A stretch of 64,000 nucleotides of DNA, taken from positions 24,320,725 to 24,384,724 of the forward strand of contig NC_057734.1 in assembly GCF_004010195.1 (NCBI RefSeq). The letters run 5' to 3'. Below are positions 13,459-27,082 of this stretch, one piece after another. A program made the translations under genes and the position numbers. Numbering within the stretch: position 1 is the first letter of the stretch; every line of letters starts with the position of its first letter. Below the pieces are notes generated by a model. The model ran no database searches. It saw only the letters and a program-made list of their open reading frames with translations, and was not told the DNA's origin. The stretch is from Chiloscyllium plagiosum. Its lineage: Eukaryota.

Positions 13459-15234
13459 TGTATTGTGAAGTCTCCTCCTCCAGCGAGTTGTTCAATTGCT
13501 CACCACTATTCACAACTGGATGTGGCAGGTCTGCAGAGCTTAGATCTGATCCATTGGCTATAGAATAATTTAGCCCTGTCTATTAATTGTTGTTTATGCT
13601 ATTAGGCAAACAGTAGACCTAGTTTTGTAACTTCACCCTATTTTTAAACATATCTGATGTTACTTCTGGAATAGCCTTCTGCACCCTTCATTGAACTGGG
13701 ATTGATCCTTTCGCTTGATGGACTTGGTAGAGTGGAGGATACAGTTCTGCTGCTGCTTCTGATGTCCCAAAACACCTCTTGAATACCCAGCCTTGAACTG
13801 CTAGATCTGTTCAAGGTTTATCCCATTTAGCACAGTATTAGTACTACACAGCATATTGGAGGGTATTCTCAATGTGAAGACAGGGCTTTGTTTCCACAAG
13901 GTCTGTGTGGTGATCACATCTACCAATACTGTCATGGACAGAGACATCTGCAGCAGGCAGATTGGTGAAGATGAAGTCAAGTATATTTTTTCCTCTTGTT
14001 GGTTCACACACCACCTGCTGCAAACCCAGTCTGGCAGCGATGTCCTTTTGGACTCAACGAGCTTGGTTAGTGGTGGTGCATTCGAGCCATTCTGGTAATG
14101 AACATTGAAGTCTTCCAGATTCCCTTCAATTCCCTTACCAGCCTCTAAGTGTTTTTTCCAAGTGGTGTTCAACATGGAGAAGCACTGCTTCATCCACCAG
14201 AAGGGGCTGTACCTGGTAATCAGCAGGAGAGTTATGAAAAGTTTTGGAAGAAGGTGGAAAAGGGAAGTAATCAGATCAAACATGACCTTGTTGAATGGTG
14301 GAGGAGGCTTAAGGGGCTAAATGGCCTACTTCTGCTTTTAATTCAAATGTTAATATGTAGATATGTTAGTATACACTGTTGAATCACAGCACTGCAGCAG
14401 GGAAAGGGAGATGACTTAAAATTCATACACATAGATTTTGCTTTTATTGATTAGCAAGGGTTGACATTGGGCAGTTGCATCAACAGTTTTCTTCTAACAA
14501 TGATTGATAAGCATTTTTAACTAGACACACTCGTCTTTATAATCTCTTTCTATGACTGAATGATTTGAACAGACTGGGATATATTTGTAATCTCTCAAAC
14601 ATGCCCAATGTTAAACAAAATTTAGATAACATTAATATATAATTTAATTCCAAGTAATTGTTAATGTCAGCACTTTTGAAATCTTTCCCATCTTTAAAAA
14701 GAATTCTAGTCTTCAAAATTTCAAGTTTATTATTATTCTCGTCCATACAAGTTAGTTTGAATTTGAATAGCCAAGAGTTACAACTCCACTTTGAGTGTTC
14801 TTCATGTCTATCTGTGAAACATTTTGAAGCATTCTATATTTAAAAGAGGTTATATGAATGCAAGGTATTGTTGTTCATTCCCTTTGAAGACAATAACTTA
14901 CATTTATATAACAGATTAGAGGGAGTGAATGTACTAAGATGCTTCACATTCCATTAACAAACAATCTTTTACACTGAATCATACAAGGAGTTGTAAGGAC
15001 AGATGGCCAAAGCTTGGTCATAGAGATAGACTTTCAGGATCTTTGCTTTTCATTCTTTGCTGTAATGTGATCATAACTGGCAAGGACAGCATCTATTGCC
15101 AATACCTAATTATCTTGCATGGTTGTTAATCTATTTTATCAGATAGATAAGATCAAACGTTTTGGCATGCGTCTGGAGTCCCATGCAGGCCAGCCAAAGT
15201 AAGGATTGCAGATGCCCTTCCTAAAGGACATCAA

Positions 15235-15809
15235 TTGGGTTGATGGGCTGAGGTGTGGCAGATGAACTTTAATTTGAGAATTGTGAGTTATTGCATTTTG
15301 GTAAAACAAACAAGGGCAGGACTTATACAATTAAGTAGTATTGTAGAACAGAGAGACCTCGAGATTTAGGTACACAATTCTTTGAAATTTGCATCAGAGG
15401 TTGACAAGATGGTTAAAGAGGTGTTTAGAATGCTTGCCTTCATTGCTCAGACCTTTGAGTCTAAGAGTAGGGACTTCATGTTGAGGTTGTACAGGACATT
15501 GCTGAGGCCGCTTCTGAAGCACTGTGTGCAGTTCTGGTCACCCTGTTATGGAAAAGATATTATTAAACTGCAGATGATTCAGTAAAGTTTTACCAGAATG
15601 TTGCGGGGAATAGAGGATTTGAGTTATACAAGTAGGCTGGGACTTTGGAGGGCAAGGAGGTCACCTAATGGAGGTTTATAAAATCGTGAGGGGCATAGAA
15701 AAAGTGAATAGCAAAGGTCTTTTCACCAGGGTGGGGAGTTCAAAACTGGGGGGCATATTTTTAAAGTGAGAAGAAAAAGGTCTAAAAAGGACATGAGGGG
15801 CACCTTTTT
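15235..15809 (+). mobile_element. CR1 LINE 3' region, left part (split by L1)
   Basis: LYRTLLRPLLKHCVQFWSP motif. Sequence resumes at 21459. Confidence 0.85.
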
Positions 15810-18800
15810 TTTGTAAATATTTTTATTAAGAAAAAAGATTTTAATTTTTTTTACAAAATTACAAAATAGTGTAACAATTTTATAATATAATGACAATAAC
15901 AGAAAACAAACTAATACTCTACTCCACCAACCACTGAGGAAAGAGAGAAAAAAAAACTACAATTCAATAAATAACAGAAATAAAATTAAACCAAGTTATA
16001 CCAAGGTAACCCAAAAGTAATATTCAGTTAAATTACTACACTCAGTGCAATCCCACTGAAGCTCCACACCACTGGGAGCTTTAGTAAACAAATCCATATT
16101 TGTTCAGGTTTCTTCACCCCAGTGGACCCCGGACCGCCAGACATAGTTCTCATGATGATACAAAGGCCCTAACCAATATAGCCGATAAGTCTGCATCTAT
16201 ATAATTCAGAAAGGGTCATCATATTCTATAAAACAGCTCCGTTTTCTGGTGCACCATACTCGTAAGGAAGTCCAGGGGGATCTGCACCATAACAATCTAC
16301 GCTAGCCTGAAAGTCCTGGGGGATTCTCTGATACCTAGCTCATTAGAATGTTATTCCTCGCACAGAATGAAAGAATATTATTACAATTTCTTCCCATGCA
16401 CATCCAAAGAGGGGAGATTTGGAAGACCTAAGAGCAGGGACACTGGATCCAAATTAATCTCAGTTCCCAAAACCTCTTCCAAAGCACTCGCTATGGCCTC
16501 CCAATACCTATGAAGCTTGTGGCATGACCAAAAACATTGAGTAAAAGTGCCAACATCTGTTTTACATTTGGGGCACACTGGGGACACTCCTGTCTTAAAT
16601 TTCGCAAGCCGCTCCAGTGCCAGATGAGCCCTGTGGATTACCTTCAGTTGCATAGCCTGCATCCTGTTACAGATCAAAATCTTCCTTACGTTCTCCCAAA
16701 TATCCTCCCACACCTCTGATGGGAGTTCCACCCCCAGTTCCCGAGTCCAGGTTCTGCATAGCCATTCAATGTCCTTCAAAACATTACTTCTTAACAAGTG
16801 ATAAAGGGTACTGACCAAGAGAGCGCCCATAGACTGGAGTACTCTCCTCTCCATATCCGACTTAGAGGGACTAACCATCAATGTAGTCTTTTTTGTATAA
16901 AGTCCCTAACCTGAAAGTAATACAAGAGGTCCTTCCTAGTTAGCTCATATTTCAGGCTCAGCTGCTCGAAAAACATCATGACCTCCCAGTCAAATAAATC
17001 TCCCAAACAGGAGACTCCTCTAGACTCCCAGAACCTAAAACCACAGTCCATCGACCCCAGCCGGAATCCTAACATTCCCACTATGGGAGTGAAAGGGGAA
17101 GTTTTTTTGTAAGTTGCCCTCACCATGCCGCATCGTTCTTCATGCTTTAACTGTGTTAAGGACAATCAGGTTTCTGCAATGGTTCATAACAGTCCTCATC
17201 TTGTCCATAAACAACAAATTGATGAGGGGGCATTTTGCCTGGGAGGCCTCGATGTCCAACCAAATTGATCGCGGGTCCTGGCAGGCCAAGTCAACCACAT
17301 AGGATAGTAAGGAACTCAATTGATATTTCTTAAAGTCCGGGAATTCCAAACCTTCCATCTCTTGCGGAAGCTGCAATTTATCCAGCTTAATAAGAGGCCG
17401 CCTATGATGTCTGATGAAAGACCGGAGCCAACTGTAAAGCCTCCATAGTGCTTGTCTAGGCAGCATCAAAGGGAGCATTTGCATGGGATTCGCAAGGAAA
17501 AACATTCATTTTGACCAGAGGTACTCTACACAACCAAGGTATCGGAAGATCCTCCCAGCGCCAAAGGTCCTGCCTTATTTTCTCTAGCAATTGCAAAACA
17601 TTAGCTTTATATAATTGATCGAAGACTGGGGTGATAAAAATGACTAATAACGGGAAACCTTCCTGTGACCACCTGAAAGGGAAATGGGTTCGATCCCCAA
17701 AATCGGATATTCTAGTAAGATCCCCCCACAGGCATGGCCTCCGACTTCATAAAATTAATTTTAGACCCTGAGAACAAACCAAATAGATTAATCACTTCTT
17801 TTAAACGGAGCACAAAAGTCATCAATCAGTTAAAAAGAGAAGAACATCATCTGCATAGAGGGTGATCCTATGCCTGCCTGACCCTACCTCCGGGGCAATT
17901 ATGTTGGGATCCCTCCGAATAGCCTCCACCAGTGGCTCAATCACCAATGTAAATAATCTTGGTGAGAGAGGACACCCTTGTTGGCTGCCTCTACCAATAC
18001 AAAAATGATCCAACATGAGAACCTCTGCTTTCGGGTCACTACATAATACTGCCACCCACTTGGCAAAAACCCCTCCAAGACCAAACTGCTCCAGTACATA
18101 AAACAGGTACGGCCATTCCATCCAGTCAAATGCTTTCTCTGCATCCAGGGAGATTACCAAGCCCAGAATTGACCCTTGCTGGCATGTTTAATATTCTTCT
18201 AATATTATTGATAGACCTACGACCCTTGATAAAACCTGTCTGGTTCTCCTTTACAATGAAAGGCAAAACCCTCTTAAACCTTACCGCCACTATTTTTGAC
18301 AGAATTTTAAAATCCACATTCAGTAACGATATGGGCCTGTACGAAGTGCAATCCTCTGGGGCTTTTCCTTTCTTAAGAATAAGAAAAATATTTGCCTCTC
18401 TCAAAGAGGATGGGAGGCAGTCCTGACTGAATGGGTAGTGGTACATATCCAAGAGTGGCCTGGCCAGCATGTCTATGAACTCCTTATAAAACTCACTTTG
18501 AATTCCGTCTGGGCCGGAAGGTCGAGGGTTTTAAAAATGGATCCCATCTTCATCAGTCTGTCCTTACACCCTCTGACTAGTACAGCTCAGAGTAAAATTT
18601 CCTAAATGCTGCATTAATCTATTTGGCATTGCAAGTAAGAGTACTAGCACTCTCTCTGATGGAAGTGATAGATTGGGGGGCATTTTTCTTTTTGGTCAGG
18701 TATGCTAGATATCTTCTCGGTTTATCACCATACTCAAATAATCTCTGTTTTGCAAAAGAGATTTCCCTCTTTGCTGTCAGGGTGAGCACAGCATTCAAAT

Positions 18801-21458
18801 TAGCCCTAAGGACTGTAATCTGCTGCAATTTGGTTACAGACAGTCTGTCAAAGAAGGCTATCTCAGCTGCCTTCAGGTGAGCTCGAGCAAATGCTGCTGC
18901 TCTCCCCTATGCTGCTTCTGGGTTGCAGAGTAAGAAATAATCAAGCCCCATGCATTGGCCTTGGCAGTCTCCCAGAGCACCAATGGATTACTGGCCATAC
19001 CCAAATTAATATCCCAAAAGATTTTAAATTCCCACGAAAAATACTCTACAAACTTGCTATCTTTCAAGAGGAAAGGGTCCATGCGCCATGCCAGGAGTCT
19101 ATCCCGTTACCACCGGCCTTGACCTCCATGTACACTGCTGCATGATCGGAAATGGCTATATTCCCTTATCCGCAAGACAGGGAAGGTCCAAATTCAAGAA
19201 GGTCAATGGGACAAAAAACATGTCAATTCTGGTATATCATTTATGTGAATTAGAGAAAAAGGTGAAATCCCCACCTTCGGGGTGAAGACATCTCCACACT
19301 TCCACCAACCCCAGCTCCCTGTTTAGGTCCACCAACTGCCTGGATTGTGGGGACATACCCGCAAGACTCCGAGGCATCCTGTCCACTTTGGGATCAATAA
19401 GACAATTAATGTCTCCCCCAATAATTGTACATCGTGCCCCAAGGGCCATCAACCTGGAAAGCGCATCTGTTATAAATTTAAGGGGGTGTGCTGGGGGGCA
19501 ATATACATTCAAAATCTCATATTCCTCTCCATGCATTAAAGCTTTAAAAATTATAAATCGTCCATATTCATCCTCAATTTGGTCTAACATTTGAAACGGG
19601 AGATTCTTCCGGATGGGAATAGCAACTCCTCTACTTTTCAAATTAAAGGATGAGAAAAACACTTGTCTGAACCCTCCCTGCTGCAACTTCGAATGCTCCA
19701 TATTGGTTAAATGTGTTTCTTGCAGCAAGGCTACATTGACCTTTTTCTAAGGTTTGACAGTACTTTTTTTCTCTTAATTGGTGAATGACTCCCCTTAACA
19801 TTCCAGGAACACCATTTAGATGAATGGCTAACCATAACAGTCCAAAACAATCCATGACTATCCGGGAGGAAAAACCCCACTCCTTGTGCGCCGAGTGAAA
19901 ACAATAAATAGTTGGTATAAATTTAAAAATACAACTTCCAAAACTACCAAATCAAAACTTCTAACAGCTACTTCTATAACATACCAACATATAACACAAA
20001 TGAAAGGAGACTTTCCCCCTTGCCCACAGAGGGCGCTCATATTACCCATTAACCTCCTCCATGGCTCCTTCTGGCTGAAGCCATGCCACCACCCCAGACA
20101 ACACAAAGTAAGAAAAAATACACACACCTTATAACAAGAAAGTTAAAAGTGGACACTCAACCTGTTCTCTCCATACTATAACCCGAGGTACTCCTGGTAG
20201 AATAGAAATATATAACCTCTCCCCACTTCCCCCAACCACACACCCCCACACCCCATACCAAAAGAGAGGAACAAAAGGAAATGACAAGAAAAAAAGGAAC
20301 AGAAGATGACGGGTGGGGAGAGAGAATGGAGAAGAGAGAGAAGAAGAAAAAAGAAACAATTATGACCCTGACATATATTAAAAAAAACACAACCCAACAA
20401 CCAGGTAAACCAGGCAAATTACAAAGAAGAACAAAATCAACATTATTGCCCATATTATTCAAGCCAGCCAGTCTATATTAAAGCATCCAAGAAGTCCTTT
20501 GTCTTTTCCAATGAGTCAAAATTAAACACGGACTCTCCATGGCTGAAACATAATATTGGCGGATATCTTATGGAATACTGAATATTCAAGTTCCTCAGCC
20601 ACCTTTTTATCTAATCAGAAGCCTTCCTGTTACAAGTCCTGACCGGAGAAAAATTTTGGAAAAGCATCATTCGTAATCCTTTGTATGTCAGAGCCTGTGG
20701 ATCCTTTCCCAGTGCTCTAGAGGTTTCTGGCAGTATTTGCTTATCTCTGTAGTGCTGGAGTCACGCTAGGACCAGCCAGGCCCACTGGTCCGATCCTGGC
20801 CTGCACACTGCGACCTGGTGGGCTTGCTCGGCCTACACCCGGCCTACTTCGATCTCCAGCTTCAAAAACTGCGGGTGCAATTGGCCCAAGAAGCTGACAA
20901 GCTGGCCTTCCTCCTCCCGTTCAGGAAGCCCCACCATATGGATGTACTTTATCAAGGTAGTCGACCTGCTCCTCCAAGGCATGGACCAGGCACACCGAGG
21001 ATTCTACCATGGTTTTGGAAGCCGCAGCCCATTGTTCTACCTCCCCAACATGCTACCCAAGGCGCCGGATCTTCTGGTTCAAGCCTGGCCCAAGTGTCCT
21101 CCATCAATGAATCAAACTTCTCTTGGAGTTTCACATACTCCAAGAAGATCAGGCTCTGCTCCATAGGTAAGTCTCCTCGGACAATTGTGGAAGCCAATGC
21201 TGGGGCCATGGATGGGTCCATTGTTGCGGGGGTGGGGGGGGGGGAAGTGTCCCTGCATGTTGTGATCCTCATGGTCCCTTCCCTTTGGCCATTTCCTAAC
21301 TAATTTAAACTGAAACTGAACAATTCTAGGGGTCAGTAAATAGCTATTTCTACCACATTGGGTAATAAAGGGAGGATGAGTGCACCACTTTGTCTGGATT
21401 CTCGTGCAGAGCTCAGCAGGGCAGATCTACTGGGTCACTGCCATCTTGAATCCCCTCC
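15810..21458 (-). mobile_element. Full-span decayed L1 element (ORF1 about 21292-20478, ORF2 about 19835-16160)
   Basis: 5' end GGAGGGGATTCAAGATGGC. Endonuclease motifs WNVKG, LQETH and IIGGDIN, RT motifs QGCPLSP and YADD, C-terminal CPKC...CFWSC. AATAAA plus A-tail, TSD aggggca(c/a)cttttt, many stops and frameshifts. Confidence 0.93.
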
Positions 21459-21687
21459 AGGGGCAACTTTTTAACACAGAGAGTGGTTCGTGTGTAGAAT
21501 GAACTGCCAGAGGAAGTGGTGGATGCAGGTGCAGTTATAACAATTAAAATATATTTGGATAAGTACATAAATAGGAAAGGTTTGGAAGGATATGGGCCAA
21601 ATGTAAGCAAGAGGGCCTAGTTTAGGTTGGCAACATGGTTGGCATGGAGTAATTAGACCAGAGGGTCTGTTTCCCTGACTCTATGAC
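21459..21687 (+). mobile_element. CR1 LINE 3' end, right part
   Basis: Continues ggcaacttttt..cagagagtggtt..aatgaactgccagagg from 15809 and ends in ctctatgac tail. Confidence 0.85.
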
Positions 21688-22019
21688 ATTTGTGAACAAT
21701 TGATGGTAGTTTCACTAGTTTTCACAAAAATGCAGGCTTTTTTTAAAATCAATGAATAGTAAATGCTAGCCTAGCCAGCAATACCCACAACCTCTGAATG
21801 ATTTTTTAAAAATGAATTCAAGCTCCACAGTTGCAGTGAGATTTGATCGGTATCCCAAGAGAATTAGAACAGGGCTCTCGACTACTAGTCCATGATGTTA
21901 CCATTACATCACCTATTCCCTCAAGGGAGAAACTAGGTAAATTGATGCAGAGAATAGGTGTTGGTAGGGTCAGAGCAATTGGATATCCAGAGATTGGGCC
22001 TGAACAACTGTATATATAA

Positions 22020-22240
22020 TTTCTGAGATGGGTCACTAGACTCAAAATGTGAACTCTGATTTCTCTCCACAGATGCTGCCAGGCCTGTTGAGCTTTTCCA
22101 GCAATTTCTGATTATTTCTGATTTACAGCACTCCCCCACCCCCGCAACAACAGACCCATCCATGGCCGTTGCATTGGCTTCCACAATTGTCCGAGGGGAC
22201 TTACCTATGGAGCAGAGCCTGATCTGCAGTTCTTTTCGTT
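22020..22240 (+). mobile_element. PLE terminal-repeat fragment interrupted by a 95-bp L1 ORF1 piece
   Basis: Matches 59850-59968 (ctctgatttctctccacagatgctg...gatttacagcatctgcagttctttt), with an insert at 22131-22225. Confidence 0.7.
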
Positions 22241-22299
22241 TTTTATAATTTTCAATATTGGACCAATTAGAATTCAGGATGTACAGCATTCATTTGCAA

Positions 22300-24499
22300 A
22301 AGTCTTCATAATAGCGGATACAAATAATACCCCAGAAGCAGGGTTAAATCAGGAATTTGAAGGAAGGGAAGTCAGGAAAATCAGAATCGCCAGAGAAATA
22401 GAACTGAGTAAATTCTTGGATCTGCAGTCTGACAATTGCATGGCTCCTAATGGATTTCACCATAGCATGTTAAAAGAAGTGGCTCGTGAGATAGTTGATG
22501 CATTGGTTTTAATTTTTCCGACTCTATTGACTATCAGACGGCCTAATTAGATTGGAAGATCGTGAATATAACTCATTCATTCAAAAATGCAGACAAAGCA
22601 GGAAACTACAGGCTAGTTAACTTAACTTATGGGAAACACATTAGAAGCTATTATTAAAGAAGTTACAGCAGACCGCTTGGATAAGTTTAAGGTAATCAGC
22701 AGAGTCAACTTACTTTTGTAAAAGAGAAATCATGTTTGATCAATTTATTGGAGTTCTTTGAGGAGCAAACATGTGCTGTGGATCAAGGGAACTGGTGGAT
22801 GTACTGTACTTCAATGTCCAGAAGTTATTTGTTAAGGTGCCATGTCAAGGGTCATTGCAGAAAATAAATGCTCATGGTGTAGCAGATAGCACACTGGGAA
22901 TGTATAGAAGATTGGCTATTAGGCACAAATGGCTCTTTTTCAGGTTGGCGAGATAATAAATGGTGTGCCACAGGAATCTGTGCTGGGTCCTTAATTATTT
23001 TCAACTTATGAAGAAGATTTAGAAGAGGGGGAAGGTATGGTTGTCAAATTTGCTGATAACACAAAGAAGGAAATTTATAAAAATAATTACAAAAAGATAT
23101 AGATAGGTTGTGAGATATGGCAAATCAAGTATAATATGGAGAAATGTGAAATTGTTCATTTTAGCAGGAATAATAAAAAGTATATTGTTTAAATATAGAA
23201 GATGGTATCAGCAATAACATTAGCAAATTTGCTGATGATACAAAACTGGGTGGCAGGGTGAAATGTGATGAGGATGTTAGGAGATTACAGGGTGACCTGG
23301 ACAAGTTAGTGAGTGGGCAGATGCATGGCAGATGCAGTTTAATGTGGATAAATGTATGGTTATCCACTTTGATGGCAAGATCAGGAAGGCAGATTACTAC
23401 CTCAATGGAATCAATTTAGGTAAAGGGGCAGTACAGAGAGATCTGGGTGTTCTTGTACACCAGTCAATGAAGGCAAGCATGCAGGTACAGCAGGTAGTGA
23501 AGAAGGGTAATAGCATGCTGGCCTTCATAACAAGAGGAATTGAGTATAGAAGCAAAGAGATGCTTCTGCATCTGTACAGGGCCCTGGTGAGACCACACCT
23601 GGAGTACTGTGTGCAGTTCTGGTCTCCAAATTTGAGGAAAAACATTCTGGCTATTGAGGGAGTGCAGCGTAGGTTCAAGTGGTCAATTCCTGGAATGGCG
23701 GGATTACCTTACACTGAAAGACTGAAGCGACTGGGCTTGTATACCCTTGAGTTTAGAAGACTGAGAGGGGATCTGATTGAGACGTATAAGATTATGAAAG
23801 GATTGGACACTCTGGCAGCAGGAAACATGTTTCCGCTGATGGGTGAGTGCCGAACCAGAGGACACAGCTTAAAAATACGGGTAGACCATTTAGGTAGTCA
23901 GAGATGAGGAGAAACTTCTTCACCCAGAGAGTGGTGGCTGTGTGGAATGCTCTGCCCCAGAGGGCAGTGGAGGCCCAGTCTCTGGATTCATTTAAGAAAG
24001 AGTTGGATAGAGCTCTCAAAGATAGTGGAATCAAGGGCAGGAGATAAGGCAGGAAGAGGATACTTATTAGGAATGATCAGCCATGATCATATTGAATGGC
24101 GGTGCAGACTCTAAGGGCTGAATGGCCTACTCCTGCATCTATTGTCTATTGTCTAAATGGTGGGAGATTGCAGAACTCAGCAGAGGGATCAAGGTGTTCT
24201 AGTGAATGAATCATGAAAGGTTAATAGGCAAGTACAGCAAGTAATTAGAAAAGCAAATAAAATATTATTGTTTATCACAAAGAGAAATTAATACAAAAGT
24301 AGGGAGGTTATGCCTTTGTTCTACAGGACACTGGTGAGACTGCATCTGGAGTACTGTGCACAGTATTTGTTACCTATTGAGGAAGGTTGTAAATGAGTTG
24401 GAGGCAGTTCAGAGAAGGTTTACCAGACTAACACCTAGAATGAGAGGACTGTCTTATAAGGAAAGGTCAACCAGGCTAGGTTTGTATCAGCTGGAGTCA
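22300..24499 (+). mobile_element. Old CR1 ORF2 remnant with a younger CR1 nested at about 23193-24155
   Basis: Two FADDTK-like segments. The younger copy encodes MQFNVDKC...LYRALVRPHLEYCVQFWSP and ends in a ctattgt tail. Flanks tattgtttaaat / tattgtctaaat. Confidence 0.85.
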
Positions 24500-24639
24500 A
24501 GATTAGAGTGGTGCTGGAAAAGCACAGCAGATCAGGCAGCATCTGAGGAGCAGGAAAATTGGCGTTTTGGGCAAAAGCCATTATTTGCCCGAAATGTCAA
24601 TTTTCCTGCTCCTTGGATGCTGCCTGACCTGCTGTGCTT
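24500..24639. mobile_element. Short fold-back PLE-derived element (related to 34261-34459)
   Basis: Inverted arms aagcacagcagatcaggcagcatc..gggcaaa / tttgcccgaaa..gatgctgcctgacctgctgtgctt. Confidence 0.75.
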
Positions 24640-25117
24640 GACGACTTGATATATAAATAGAATGTGCTGGAGAAAACCAACGAACATAGACTGGTGAAAT
24701 GTGCACCCTCCTGGCAGAAAACATTTAATTTATAGGAATGGGAAATGATTCATCTTGGTATGAAGGATAAAAATACAATCTAAACAGTTTTAAAAAGAAT
24801 CTGTGGGTTTTAATAAGAACCTGTGAGAGCATGCTCACATAACTTTGACAAGTTGAGGCTGTTAAATAAGTGTGTGGAATACTTGGCTTTGTAAGTTGAG
24901 GGAATAATGTACAAAAGTAAGGAAGCTGCATTTTATAAAATACTGGTTCGGTCCTAATTGGAATATTGTGTTCAGTTCTGGGGACACTTTTTATGAAAGA
25001 TGTTATGATCGTAAGGAGCGAGCAGAATGAATTGGTACCAGGGATGTGAGACCTCTCTGATGAGACTACGACTTAAAAGCTGGGATTGTTCTCCTGAGAG
25101 CTGTGTAGATCTGGGAA

Positions 25118-25328
25118 GAACCAAAAGAACTGCGGGATAATGTAAATCGGAAACAACAAAAGTATCTGTGCAAAGAAATCAGAGTTAACGTTTCGGGTCC
25201 GGTGATCCTTCCCCAGAACTCACCAGTCATTTCGAGGAAGAGTCACTGGACCTGAAACGTTAAATCTGATTTCTCTACATAGATGCTGCCATACCTGATG
25301 AGCTTTTCCTGCAACTTCTATTTTTGTT
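25118..25328. mobile_element. Fold-back PLE-derived element with hammerhead-like cores on both arms
   Basis: Minus strand AGTT-CTGGGGA-A-GGATCACCGGACCC-GAAA-CGTT-AACT. Plus arm gaggaagagtcactggacctgaaacgtt. Confidence 0.7.
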
Positions 25329-26039
25329 TTAAATTTTGGTAGAATTCAAACTCAGCAGGGGATTTGATAAGACCCAGTAAGGAGAAACTGTTTTCGGAAA
25401 GGATTGGAAACTAGAGAACATTAAGGTAATTGCCAAAAGAAACACACTAAGTTTATTTTTATGCAACATTTTGCTACGATCTGGATTGCACTTGCCTGAA
25501 ACCTCGATGGAAGCAGAACTTTTTTTAGGTGAATACTTGAACTTACTGCAGGCTATGCAAGAGTGGGGGATGGAACTAATTGAAGGCTTTTTCACAGAAT
25601 CAGCACTGGCGCCATAGTACGAACGCCTTTCGTTTTTAGGAATTCAAATCGGGCAGAATTGAAACTTACTCAAAATCTATTCAAGTTGCATCGTTAAAAG
25701 CGGACCCAGTGTGATCCTGTGCAATGCAAAAGGGGGTTTACTGGGCCGTTTAATCCTGATGACGTTCCCTGCCTTGTAAGGACAGGGATGTCATACCATG
25801 TCATCAACAATGTGTTATTGTGTTCCCTGAAGTCTGATTTTTCGCTTTATACTCAGGTGAGAGTTTGTTTGGGAACATTGCCGATCGTAATGTGTCAGTT
25901 CCAGGAAGAGGCGTACAGCTCGGAATCCCACACCCGACCTTTTAATGTTCTTTTGCTTCGCTGAGAGAACTCTGAAAAGTAACTTGATGCCATTAATATA
26001 TAGGAAAAAACATAAGGTGCATTGAATGTGTATTAAGCG

Positions 26040-26401
26040 GCAGCATAGGCCGGTTAAGCTGCAGGGGGCGGCCAATGCGAGGAGATGGCTGAGACAAAGC
26101 GGGACTTGGTTGGAGGGAGCACGTGTGGCGCGCATGGACTTGAGGTAGTGGGCACGGGGGAGGGGGGTAACGTGTCAGGAGCCGGATAAGTAGTACGGGA
26201 CTCGGCGCGGGTATCCCTCCGCCAGGCGGTGACGCCATTTTTTTGTGTGGATTTTTTTTAAAAAGAGAGAGAGCTCGGGAGGAGAAAGGAAGCGAAGAGC
26301 GAGCGGCCAGAGACTGAGATATAGAGGCGGTAAATCTACTCATCATCCCCCCACCCCTACTCCCTCCCCCCCCCCCCTCTCCGGAATCACTACCGTGAAC
26401 C
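26040..26401 (+). promoter_or_regulatory. PPP1CC CpG-rich promoter and 5' UTR
   Basis: GC/CpG-rich patch directly upstream of the ATG, with CCAAT near 26072, E-box CACGTG 26120-26125 and YY1-like CGCCATTTT 26233-26241. Confidence 0.75.
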
Positions 26402-26456
26402 ATGGCGGATATAGACAAGCTGAATATAGATAGTATTATTCAGAGGTTGTTGGAAG
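26402..26456 (+). CDS. PPP1CC: Protein phosphatase 1 catalytic subunit gamma, exon 1
   Basis: MADIDKLNIDSIIQRLLE + G|GTGAGT, 55 nt. Confidence 0.97.
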
Positions 26457-27082
26457 GTGAGTGCCGCGGGTGGCCGTTAGTTTGGGGGGGGGTGGAACGT
26501 GAGGGAGGGTTGTGTCTTAACATTCACCCCCCCCCCCCCATCAGACCATGTTTCCTGTCCGTTGTTGTTAGTCCTTCCCTCCATTACCGGTATTCGGCCC
26601 GTTCTTCTCCTCTGGCGTCTACCCCCATGCCGAGTTACTGACACAAACCTCTCCTTCCCACCCATCCCCCCCCCTTCAATCAGAGCCGCTTACAGCCTCC
26701 AACCCCCTCTTCCCCCCCATCCCCCATCCCCCATCCTTTCCAGTTCTTCCTCCCCCCTCCCCTCTCGTGCGCTCTCAAACCCTGATCTCTCTCTCTCTCC
26801 CTCCCTCCAATTAAGAAGCCCATATTTGGAGGGAGGTATTCATCAACTAATCTTTCCCTGTGACTAAAGAACACACAGAATTGCTTGAATCTTTGTATTT
26901 GAGGAAGACTATTAGTGACGTTGTCCGGGTACATCCTTCCAAACCAATGTGAACCACTATTAAAGTCACTAGGTTTCCTGAACAATACTCATTCCTTAAC
27001 CAGTGCATTATCTTGCCATTTTTTACAGCTGAGATATACATGCCTACAAACTGTGCAGGAATCTTTGCAATGGAAATGTTTT

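Noticed and set aside
25993-26985. Several overlapping ORFs around PPP1CC exon 1
   Set aside because: By-products of GC-rich and low-complexity promoter/intron sequence. Only the 55-nt exon has homology support.
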